Shown in pieces: positions 1 to 8,403 of a DNA stretch of 64,000 bases; the first letter of the stretch is position 1, and every line of letters starts with the position of its first letter. A program made the position numbers and the translations under genes. Source of the DNA: an uncultured candidatus Porisulfidus sp. (GTDB lineage: Bacteria > Pseudomonadota > Gammaproteobacteria > Poriferisulfidales > Oxydemutatoraceae); contig OZ244052.1 of the NCBI GenBank assembly GCA_965215125.1, forward strand, positions 1,696,001-1,760,000, in the 5' to 3' direction. Under the pieces are notes generated by a model. That model had not been told where the DNA came from and searched no databases. It was given only the letters and a program-made list of their open reading frames with translations.

Positions 1-1
1 T

Positions 2-2878
2 CAACCCGATGGTAAGGGTTATAAGGCAAGTGCCGATGCAATGATAATAACATCGGGTTGTCCCTCCGGCGGTTGCACGGGTTTTGAGCTGACCATGAGC
101 TTGGACTTCATGGGGGACGCAAGTTATCGCGCAACAACGAACAAAGCAATATATACGGTTGCCGATTACAACGATAGCAACGATGAAGGCTGGCAACCGA
201 TCGGGAGCTCCTCTAATACTTTCGGCACAAAATTTGAAGGCAACGGCTATACGATATCTAATCTTATGATCAACAGAGTTGGAACCGATAATGTAGGTTT
301 GTTCGGTTATACGGGAAGTGGGGCTCAAATTGTTAGGCTGGGTTTGCTCAATGTGAATATCAAAGGAGCTTCTTTAGTCGGTAGTTTAGTCGGTTATAAT
401 CAAGGCACCGTCATGGACGGCTATGCGACGGGTTCTGTTTCAGGGAATAATCAAGTAGGCGGTTTGATTGGTAGTAATACAGGCAGTAATGGCCGAATCA
501 CGAACAGCTATGCGACGGGTTCTGTTTCAGGGAATAATAATATAGGCGGTTTGATTGGTAGTAATATAAGAGGTAGTTCTATCACGAGAAGCCATGCGAC
601 GGGTTCTGTTTCAGGGAATAATCAAGTAGGCGGTTTGCTCGGTCTTAATACGCTTCCTGATAGCCGCATCACGAACAGTTATGCGACGGGTTCTGTTTCA
701 GGAGCGAGCTGGGTAGGCGGGTTAGTGGGTTGGAATCATCTTTTTAGCAGTATTCAGACCAGCTATGCGACGGGTGCTGTCTCGGGGTCCGGTTCTAATG
801 TAGGCGGTTTGGCCGGTCGTAATCAAGCCACCATTAGCTATAGTTATTGGCTCAGTGGCTCTGCGAGTAGGGGAGGTACGGGTGTTGCCACGAATACCCA
901 AAAAACCGCCGAGGCTCTCAAATCACCCATGACTAATACCGGGATATATAGTAATTGGAATTCCTCGGTATGGGATTTCGGTACTTCGGATCAATTCCCG
1001 GCACTCAAAGCCTTGAGTGGTACCTTGCTACCCGGTCAAGGGATGAAATTAGATGAAAGTTTAGGAGCGGGTTTAAGAGAGAGTATAAGAGAGTTAGAAG
1101 TATTAACACCGAACACGTCATTAAGTCCAACTTTCGGAGTTTCGACAACCCATTATGTTATAACTTTTTTCACTACCGGTGCCCCGATAGACATTGTTCT
1201 GAGATTGAGAGCCTATGACCCCGATGCGGAGATTAAAATTGTCAAAGAAGAAGACCCTACCGTTAACTATTTTGCCGGCAGGGGTCGTAGCGGCGAAAGC
1301 GATCCTATCACCATAGACGGTAGCACAGTAATCGGTATCACGGTTGGCGCAGCCAATGCCGGTAACGCCTCTTATAGAATTGTATCGGAACAAATGACCT
1401 TGCCACCGTGTACCGAATCTTTAGGCTTTCCCGATGATAACGACGGCCCTGAAGCTTTGGATATTGATAAGAATGGCAACGGATTGATAGAGATCTGTGA
1501 CTTGGAAGGTCTTCATGCAATGCGCTACCAGACGGATGGAACGGGTTATAAGACGAGTGCCGATGTAAGCGCAATAACGGTAGGTTGTCCCGCCGTCGGT
1601 TGCATGGGTTATGAACTGACTAGAAGTTTGGACTTCATGGTTGACGACAGCTATCGCGCGACGAGTAACAGGGTAATATATACCGTTGCCGATTACAACG
1701 ATAGCGACGATCAAGGTTGGGAACCGATCGGGAGCTCTTCCGATACATTCAAGACAATATTTAACGGCAACGGCTATACGATATCCAATCTTATGATTAA
1801 CAGACTTGGTAGCGACGGAGTAGGCTTGTTCGGTTATATCGGGAATAATGCTGAAATTGCTAATCTGGGTTTGCTCAATGTGAATACGCGAGGGGCTTCT
1901 CAAGTAGGTGGCTTGGTTGGTGAGAATCGAGGCCTCATCACGACCAACTATGCGACAGGGACTATTTCAGGGAATAATAACATAGGTGGTTTAGCCGGTC
2001 GTAATACCGGTAGTAATAGCCATATAACGACCAGCTATGCGACCGGAAATGTTACAGGATCCGGTAATACGCAAGGCGGTTTAGTCGGTTGGAATACGTC
2101 CGATGGTTCCATCGCGAACGGCTATGCGACCGGAAATGTTACAGGATCCGGTAATACGCAAGGTAGTTTAGTCGGGCGCAATGATTCCGGTAGCTCTATC
2201 ACGAGAAGCTATGCGACCGGAAACGTTGTAGGATCTAGTGCCGTAGGTGGTTTAGTCGGTAATAATCAAGGTACCATTAGATATAGTTATTGGCGAAAAG
2301 AAACCGGTTCTGGTCTTAATAGCATAGGTGTTGATCCGCAGCTTTCTTATGAGGCGGGACAAACCGCTGCCGCACTCAAATCACCCACGGTAGCAACCGG
2401 AATATATAGTAATTGGAGCACCTCGGTATGGGATTTCGGCACTTCGGATCAATTCCCGATACTCAAAGCCTCGGACGGCAACTTGCTACCGAATCAAGGA
2501 ATGAAATTGGAAGGAGGATTAAGAGAATTAAAAGTATTAACACCCATCAGCGAATTGAGGCCGATTTTCGGAGTCTCGACGACTCATTATGTTATAACTG
2601 TTATTTCTATTACCGGTACCACGAGCAACATCGTTTTGAGATTGACGGCGTATAACCCTAAAGCGGAGATCGCAATCACTAAACAAGGAGAGACTACCAA
2701 TTATTTCGCCGGCAAGCGTAGCGGTGAAGAGAGCGATGATATCATCGTGGGTGAAGGCACCCTGCTGACCATTACGGCTGGCGACGGAATCGCCCCTTAT
2801 AGGATCACCCTTAGATTGTCGGAAGGTATCAAAATCCGAGCTGCAGTAAGAGTATTTTTAGAAGGCTCCCTTCGGTAG
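2..2878 (+). CDS. Large GLUG-repeat / cadherin-like beta-sandwich surface protein, 5'-truncated by the window edge
   Basis: The frame is open from base 2 (QPDGKGYKASADAM..., homologous to the internal YQTDGTGYKTSADVS). Two ~480-aa modules, each with a Cys-containing cap (GCP..GC.G[FY]EL..SLDF), repeated VGGLVG.N...I..SYATG.V units, WDFGTSDQFP and an L.P.FGVSTTHY beta-sandwich. Ends VRVFLEGSLR. Confidence 0.8.
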   Translation, partial: QPDGKGYKASADAMIITSGCPSGGCTGFELTMSLDFMGDASYRATTNKAIYTVADYNDSNDEGWQPIGSSSNTFGTKFEGNGYTISNLMINRVGTDNVGLFGYTGSGAQIVRLGLLNVNIKGASLVGSLVGYNQGTVMDGYATGSVSGNNQVGGLIGSNTGSNGRITNSYATGSVSGNNNIGGLIGSNIRGSSITRSHATGSVSGNNQVGGLLGLNTLPDSRITNSYATGSVSGASWVGGLVGWNHLFSSIQTSYATGAVSGSGSNVGGLAGRNQATISYSYWLSGSASRGGTGVATNTQKTAEALKSPMTNTGIYSNWNSSVWDFGTSDQFPALKALSGTLLPGQGMKLDESLGAGLRESIRELEVLTPNTSLSPTFGVSTTHYVITFFTTGAPIDIVLRLRAYDPDAEIKIVKEEDPTVNYFAGRGRSGESDPITIDGSTVIGITVGAANAGNASYRIVSEQMTLPPCTESLGFPDDNDGPEALDIDKNGNGLIEICDLEGLHAMRYQTDGTGYKTSADVSAITVGCPAVGCMGYELTRSLDFMVDDSYRATSNRVIYTVADYNDSDDQGWEPIGSSSDTFKTIFNGNGYTISNLMINRLGSDGVGLFGYIGNNAEIANLGLLNVNTRGASQVGGLVGENRGLITTNYATGTISGNNNIGGLAGRNTGSNSHITTSYATGNVTGSGNTQGGLVGWNTSDGSIANGYATGNVTGSGNTQGSLVGRNDSGSSITRSYATGNVVGSSAVGGLVGNNQGTIRYSYWRKETGSGLNSIGVDPQLSYEAGQTAAALKSPTVATGIYSNWSTSVWDFGTSDQFPILKASDGNLLPNQGMKLEGGLRELKVLTPISELRPIFGVSTTHYVITVISITGTTSNIVLRLTAYNPKAEIAITKQGETTNYFAGKRSGEESDDIIVGEGTLLTITAGDGIAPYRITLRLSEGIKIRAAVRVFLEGSLR

Positions 2879-2990
2879 AACCGCCCTAATGCTAAGTACT
2901 CGCATGATATTAATCGGTTGTGCCACATAATTTATGAATACTACCTGTAGGGGTGCACTATCGTGTCCGCCCTAAAGTATCGTTTTGCAA
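2875..2990. repeat. Degenerate copy of the modular intergenic repeat (GTAG-REP at 2947-2972)
   Basis: GTAGGGGTGCACTATCGTGTCCGCCCTAAAGTATCGTTTTGCA aligns by eye with the reverse complement of 63470-63550. GTAGAACCGCC overlaps the upstream stop codon. Confidence 0.6.
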
Positions 2991-3782
2991 ATGTTTAGTT
3001 TGGATATCATTCATGCGCTCAAGCGTTCATCGGTATTACGACTATCGGCTGTTTGCATATTGGATTTATGTTCGTCCACCAACGATTATTTGTTGTCTCG
3101 CAAGCCACCGCCTAAAGCCAAGTTTAATTTATGCGTTGCCGCTCGGCAGTATGCCGGACGAGGCCGCCGTGCTAAAAGCTGGCGTTCCGGCCATAACGGT
3201 GTCTATTTATCGGTATCATGGCAGGCAAATCCCGATACGACGAACGACGGCTGGTTACTTTTAATGGCTGCGGTGCGTTTAGCCGAGACCTTGCATGACT
3301 TAGGAATCTCCGAGATAGGTGTTAAATGGCCGAATGATTTGTATTATAAGGGTGCGAAATTGGCAGGCATACTGCTTGAGTATCGCGGCAATTCTGCGGT
3401 GATGGGTATCGGTTTGAATATTGCGACACCTTTGGATGTGGCGAAGAAACCCGATGTCAATTGGATCGGTTTGGAGCAAACCGGCATCGTCGTGCCGGCT
3501 TATGCCGATTTGGTCGCTTCGGTGGTCGATGTGGCGTTGGCAATCCATGAACGGATTGACATCGCCGAGCGCAAGCGGCGTTTTGCGGCGTTCGATATAT
3601 TGTATAATCGTAGCATTGAAATAGAAAACCGAGGAACTAAAACATTCGGGGTTGCCCGAGGTATAGATGAAAAAGCGCATTTACTCGTCGATAGCGACGG
3701 GCAGGTAGATGCGTATAATTATGGGGAAATTAGCGTTCGCGATGACAGAATTATTGATAGATGTGGGCAACAGCCGTTGTAA
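2991..3782 (+). CDS. birA: Biotin--[acetyl-CoA carboxylase] ligase (no N-terminal HTH)
   Basis: SSTND, Q.AGRGR, KWPNDL and KLAGIL motifs; adjacent to coaX. ATG at 2991. Confidence 0.93.
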   Translation: MFSLDIIHALKRSSVLRLSAVCILDLCSSTNDYLLSRKPPPKAKFNLCVAARQYAGRGRRAKSWRSGHNGVYLSVSWQANPDTTNDGWLLLMAAVRLAETLHDLGISEIGVKWPNDLYYKGAKLAGILLEYRGNSAVMGIGLNIATPLDVAKKPDVNWIGLEQTGIVVPAYADLVASVVDVALAIHERIDIAERKRRFAAFDILYNRSIEIENRGTKTFGVARGIDEKAHLLVDSDGQVDAYNYGEISVRDDRIIDRCGQQPL

Positions 3783-4515
3783 ATACGCCTGTGTTGAAGA
3801 TCACCGCATTAAATTGCGCGGCGCATTGGCTTTGAACGATTTGAGTGAGATGTCCGATGTTGTGCAGAGATGTGGGAAGGTGGTGCCCGAAGTCGCTTAT
3901 ATGATCAGCGTTGCAAGCCGTAGCATCAATAGTTCCGTTGCCGATGCGGTTGCGCAGTATTTTGGGTATACTCCGATTTTGCTCGATAAAAAAATGCCGG
4001 TATGCGGTCTTAGGAGCGATTACGAGGCAACACAGTTGGGCATTGACCGCGTGGCAGTGATGGTTGCTGCTTGGCGGCGGTTGAGGCAAGCGTGTATCGT
4101 GGTGGATTTCGGAACGGCGGTGACCATCGATTTGATAGACGACGAGGGTGTGCATAAAGGCGGCGTGATTTTACCGAGTAATGCTTTGATGCGTTCTAGT
4201 TTGTCCGAAGGTACGGCGCAGTTGAATTATTTTGACGATACGGATAGACCACCTCGTGTTCCGGCGACGAATACCGAGGACGCAATCGCTTCGGGGTGTA
4301 GGCTTACACTGACGGCATCTATATCCCACATTGTGCGAGAAATGCAGAGGCAATTCACTCGCGATATTCCGGTGCTGGCAACCGGCGGTGGTGTTTGTTT
4401 GCCGGATCAAACAAACGGAAATTGTGCAATCGGCACATCGCTCAAATACTTATCCGTCGTTCCTACGCTGAACTTTGAGGGAATGATGGCACTGATAGAA
4501 ACATATTATGAATAG
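3742..4515 (+). CDS. coaX: Type III pantothenate kinase
   Basis: LLIDVGNSR, LGIDR, VVDFGTAVTID and NTEDAI motifs; follows birA. Start placed at ATG 3742. Confidence 0.92.
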   Translation: MTELLIDVGNSRCKYACVEDHRIKLRGALALNDLSEMSDVVQRCGKVVPEVAYMISVASRSINSSVADAVAQYFGYTPILLDKKMPVCGLRSDYEATQLGIDRVAVMVAAWRRLRQACIVVDFGTAVTIDLIDDEGVHKGGVILPSNALMRSSLSEGTAQLNYFDDTDRPPRVPATNTEDAIASGCRLTLTASISHIVREMQRQFTRDIPVLATGGGVCLPDQTNGNCAIGTSLKYLSVVPTLNFEGMMALIETYYE

Positions 4516-5569
4516 TATTACAGAAAGAACAGGTTTTTTAATCGTCGGCATCGGCGGGCTCGAAATATCAAAGGCGGAGCGAAAGTTTCTGAAGCATCCG
4601 GCGGTTGCCGGGGTGATTTTGTTCAGCCACAACTATCACGATAGAGCGCAAATTACCGAATTAATAGAAGCATTGCATAACATCAAACCGGGTTTTATCG
4701 TGTCGGTAGACCACGAGTGTCGAATTGTGCAGCGGTTTAAGAAAGGTTTTACCGGACTGCCGATGCCGATAGAGATAGGGCGATATTACGATGAAGATAA
4801 AGCTGCGGCATTAAACGCGGCTTACGCTTACGGCGTGATTGTCGGTTCCGAGATGCGCGACATCAATGTGGATTTGAGCTATCTTCCGGTAATGGATATT
4901 GCGCACTTTGACGGTGTAATCGGTGGGCGTGCTTTCCATAGCGACCCCGAAGCGGTGACAGAACTTAGCAAGGCGGTAGTCACCGGCTTGCACAATAGTA
5001 GTTTGCCTGCTTGTGGCAAGCACTTTCCCGGACACGGTTCAGTGCAAGGCGACACGCATACCGATATAATTCGTGACCCTAGAACCCGGTCCGAGATAGA
5101 GGCACACGACTTGTATCCTTTTGCCGACATGATTAAAAAGAAATATCTGGATTGCATCATGCTATCGCATATTGTCTACGAAGCCGTCTGCGATACGCCG
5201 GCGAGTTTATCCGAGCATTGGATTAAGGTCGTGTTGCGCGAGCAACTAGGTTTTGACGGGATAGTGTGCACCGACGATTTGGATATGGTCGGTAGTGGCA
5301 ATACCGACAGTGCCGTGCTTAAAAAAGCGATGAATGCAGGATGCGACTTATTATTGATTTGCCGACGCGGGGTATCGGAATTGAAGCAACTCATATCGGA
5401 TTTCGGCAAAGACGAGATAAATCGCTACAACCGCTTATCCTCCGAGCATTTGGGCGTAATAGATACGCATATACACAATAGAATACCGAAGGGTTCCAAG
5501 GCTTACGAGAACGCGGTTGCCAGGCTTAATGACTTGAATAATCGAGTGGATAACCCCCCCCGATCATGA
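4508..5569 (+). CDS. nagZ: Beta-N-acetylhexosaminidase (GH3)
   Basis: GVILF..N, KHFPGHG...DTH, LREQLGFDG...TDDL.M and AGCD motifs. Confidence 0.92.
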   Translation: MNSITERTGFLIVGIGGLEISKAERKFLKHPAVAGVILFSHNYHDRAQITELIEALHNIKPGFIVSVDHECRIVQRFKKGFTGLPMPIEIGRYYDEDKAAALNAAYAYGVIVGSEMRDINVDLSYLPVMDIAHFDGVIGGRAFHSDPEAVTELSKAVVTGLHNSSLPACGKHFPGHGSVQGDTHTDIIRDPRTRSEIEAHDLYPFADMIKKKYLDCIMLSHIVYEAVCDTPASLSEHWIKVVLREQLGFDGIVCTDDLDMVGSGNTDSAVLKKAMNAGCDLLLICRRGVSELKQLISDFGKDEINRYNRLSSEHLGVIDTHIHNRIPKGSKAYENAVARLNDLNNRVDNPPRS

Positions 5570-6672
5570 TAAACATCAATATGCTTGTAGGCGATTTGCA
5601 CGCACTGCTTCCCGGCATCAGTGCGCAGATATGGCTGATAATCGTCGTATTCATTTTTGTTTTTGCTCTCCTTTTATTTAACTGGTTGGTCAACCTGTTT
5701 ATGACGGCACTGGTCAGAAAAGCGAATACGACAAAGATGGTGTGGGATGAAATTATACTGAACAGCATCAAACCACCGATCAGATTGCTGATTTGGGTGG
5801 TCGGCATCAGCTATATAGCGGAGGCTGTCTGGAAGGTCTTATCCGATATTGATTTGGCATCCAAGGTCAGCACATTATTTATTATCTATACTTTGGCATG
5901 GTTTGCGATCAGGCTCCTAAAAGGTATAGATCGTCATATCGTCGGGCGGAAAGCCGACTATGAGGGTAAGTTCTTGGATGCTGCCAGCACTCGGGCAATC
6001 AACAAACTATTGCGTATTTCGGTGATTATTACCGCAGTGCTGTTGACGATGCAGACTATGGGTTACAACTTATCCGGTGTTTTGGCATTCGGTGGTGTCG
6101 GTGGACTGATCGTCGGTCTTGCGGCTAAAGACCTGTTGGCAAACTTTTTCGGTGGGCTGATGATTTATTTGGATCGTCCTTTTCAGGAAGGCGATTGGAT
6201 ACGTTCATCGGATCGCGATATAGAGGGTACCGTAGTCAACATCGGGTGGCGGTTGACGCAAATCAGAACTTTTGATAGATGTCCGCTCTATGTGCCTAAC
6301 TCTATGTTCACCAGCATAGTTTTGGAAAATCCCTCGCGCATGTCGCACCGACGCATCAATGAGGTGGTGGGCGTGCGCTACGACGATATTGCCAAGATAC
6401 CTACGATTGTCAAGCAAATCGAAGAAATGCTGATCGAACACGCCGATATAGACGAGGAAGAGGGCTTGGTCGTCAGCCTAAACGAGTTTGCCGACTCGTC
6501 GGTCAATATCAAAATTTATGCGTTCACCAAGCACAAAGATTTGGCATCTTATCAAATAGTTAAACAAGATACACTGCTCAAAATAAGCCACATCATCGAA
6601 GCACAAGGTGCCGAGATCGCATTTCCGACCCAAACCCTGCACATCGCCCGAGGCGATGCAGAAGCCGACTAA
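5566..6672 (+). CDS. mscS: Small-conductance mechanosensitive channel family protein (YnaI-like)
   Basis: Multiple TM segments; GGVGGLIVGLAAKDLLANFFGG, DRPF..GDWI, EGTV..IGWR.T.IRTFD, IAFPTQT. Confidence 0.9.
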   Translation: MININMLVGDLHALLPGISAQIWLIIVVFIFVFALLLFNWLVNLFMTALVRKANTTKMVWDEIILNSIKPPIRLLIWVVGISYIAEAVWKVLSDIDLASKVSTLFIIYTLAWFAIRLLKGIDRHIVGRKADYEGKFLDAASTRAINKLLRISVIITAVLLTMQTMGYNLSGVLAFGGVGGLIVGLAAKDLLANFFGGLMIYLDRPFQEGDWIRSSDRDIEGTVVNIGWRLTQIRTFDRCPLYVPNSMFTSIVLENPSRMSHRRINEVVGVRYDDIAKIPTIVKQIEEMLIEHADIDEEEGLVVSLNEFADSSVNIKIYAFTKHKDLASYQIVKQDTLLKISHIIEAQGAEIAFPTQTLHIARGDAEAD

Positions 6673-6684
6673 GTCGGTTTATTT

Positions 6685-6842
6685 GGGGTTATTGAAAATG
6701 TATTGGCATCGCAAAAATCCAACCGCTTGCGCCACCCAATTACGCAAACCACCTGTAGGGGCGGACTAACATGTCCGCCCGATCAATCGGCAATTTAATG
6801 AAGTCCGCCCATGCGGTTCGTGGATACTTTTTCAACAGCCCC
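6685..6842. mobile_element. MITE-like element with imperfect TIRs enclosing a GTAG-REP
   Basis: Left end GGGGTTATTGAAAATGTAT (6685-6703), right end ATACTTTTTCAACAGCCCC (6824-6842). REP GTAGGGGCGGACTAACATGTCCGCCC at 6755-6780. Lies between convergent mscS and lpxB. Confidence 0.7.
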
Positions 6843-6847
6843 ATTTC

Positions 6848-7984
6848 TCATTTTTGGCGTGTCAGATCATGAATCAATTCGGCAGTGGTTTTAGACGCCG
6901 ATGCGGTTCCGAATTTTTCACGCAATGCGAATAGGTTTTGCGACATCGTCTCTCTGCGCTTTGCATCGCCGAGTAGTTTGCAAGCGTGTGCCGATAGCTT
7001 TTCGGGTGTCGCATCGTTTTGTAGATATTCCGGCACGAGCGGACTGTCGGCGATGATGTTCGGCATGCTCGCATAGCGTATTTTGATAAACCATTTTAAT
7101 ATCCAGTAGCTCAACGGCATTAATTTATGTGTTGCGATGAGCGGCGTGCCGCACAACGCAAGCTGTAGGGTTGCGGTGCCGGTCGCACTGATCGCAAGGT
7201 CTGCATTTTTCATTTCGGTATAGGTATGTCGGTCGCTTAGGCGACAATCAAAATCGGAACGATCCAAATAGCTTTGATATAAATCGGCATCTATATCGGT
7301 GGCAGCGAGCAGACGAAAACGAATCTTTGTATCTAAGTGTTGCCGTATCAATATCGCCGCTTCAACCATCACAGGGAGCAAGCGTTTAATCTCGCTTTTT
7401 CTACTGCCGGGCAGTAACAGTACGGTTTTATTCTGGTGTCTACCATTTATGGCTTGAGGGTTGCTACGCTCCCATTCTTCTAAATCCTCGATCAACGGGT
7501 GTCCTACATAACTCACCGGTACTGCATGCCGCTTATAAAAATCCTCTTCAAACGGGAATATCACTGCAACATGGTCTATATCGCGTTTGATTTTTTTGAT
7601 GCGATATTGCCGCCATGCCCATAACTGGGGGCTGATGTAATACAACACCTTGATGTTGTGTTGCGATGCGATGCGCGCCAATTTTAGATTGAACTCGGGA
7701 TAATCCACCAGCACCAATAAATCGGGTGGGTCGTTTATCAGCGATTGTTTAAGCGTTGTGAAAGCGCGCCGCAGTGCCGGATAATGCCTTAAAATTTCGA
7801 CGATGCCGATGACCGCCAGAGCCTGTGCATCGACCAACAACCGCATACCCGCATGCTTCATTTTTTGCATACCCATGCCGTAACATTTTATCTGTTGCGA
7901 TCGTCGCAGTTGCGCGATAAGTTTTGCTGCGTGCTTATCACCCGACGCCTCGCCGGCAACAAACATAATCTTTTTTGTTTCCAT
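6848..7984 (-). CDS. lpxB: Lipid-A-disaccharide synthase
   Basis: AGEASGD, VDYPEFNL, YYISPQLWAWR, VGHPL, LLPGSR.SEI and GTATL motifs. Confidence 0.95.
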   Translation of the reverse strand: METKKIMFVAGEASGDKHAAKLIAQLRRSQQIKCYGMGMQKMKHAGMRLLVDAQALAVIGIVEILRHYPALRRAFTTLKQSLINDPPDLLVLVDYPEFNLKLARIASQHNIKVLYYISPQLWAWRQYRIKKIKRDIDHVAVIFPFEEDFYKRHAVPVSYVGHPLIEDLEEWERSNPQAINGRHQNKTVLLLPGSRKSEIKRLLPVMVEAAILIRQHLDTKIRFRLLAATDIDADLYQSYLDRSDFDCRLSDRHTYTEMKNADLAISATGTATLQLALCGTPLIATHKLMPLSYWILKWFIKIRYASMPNIIADSPLVPEYLQNDATPEKLSAHACKLLGDAKRRETMSQNLFALREKFGTASASKTTAELIHDLTRQK

Positions 7985-8076
7985 AAAGCATTATTTAGAG
8001 TTTAGAGAACTTTAACCGAAATTATACCCGCGATATGTAGAACCGCCGATTGTGCCTGTAGGGGTGGTTGTGGTGT

Positions 8077-8365
8077 GGGGCTGTTGAAAAAGTATCCACG
8101 AACCGTAGGGCGGACATCAAAATTGCCGATTGACCTACTGGCTCAATCGGCGGCTCTATTCTGCCCGTAGCGCGTTGGTCGGCACGATTTATACATTCAT
8201 CCACCCGATTTATGGAAACCAAAACCATACGGCGCAAGCGGTTCCAGCCGTGCAGAACGGTACTTTAGGGCAGACACACAGGTCTGCCCCTACGACTTTG
8301 TGGTTATCATAATTATGCGGCGCAAAGCGGTTGCAATTGTGCGAAAAAGCACTTTTTCAACAGCC
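8077..8365. mobile_element. MITE-like composite repeat (TIRs, nested REPs and linker modules)
   Basis: GGGGCTGTTGAAAAAGT (8077) ... ACTTTTTCAACAGCC (8351-8365). Internal REPs at 8105-8166 and 8268-8293. Strongly similar to 12887-13181 and 63409-63587. Confidence 0.78.
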
Positions 8366-8403
8366 TAGTATCTGTCCGAAGATTTAGTGCTGCAGATTGC
8401 CGA

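Noticed and set aside
41-2500. Diversity-generating retroelement template/variable repeat pair
   Set aside because: Both repeat copies are in frame within the same ORF, the differences do not appear adenine-specific, and there is no reverse transcriptase in the window.
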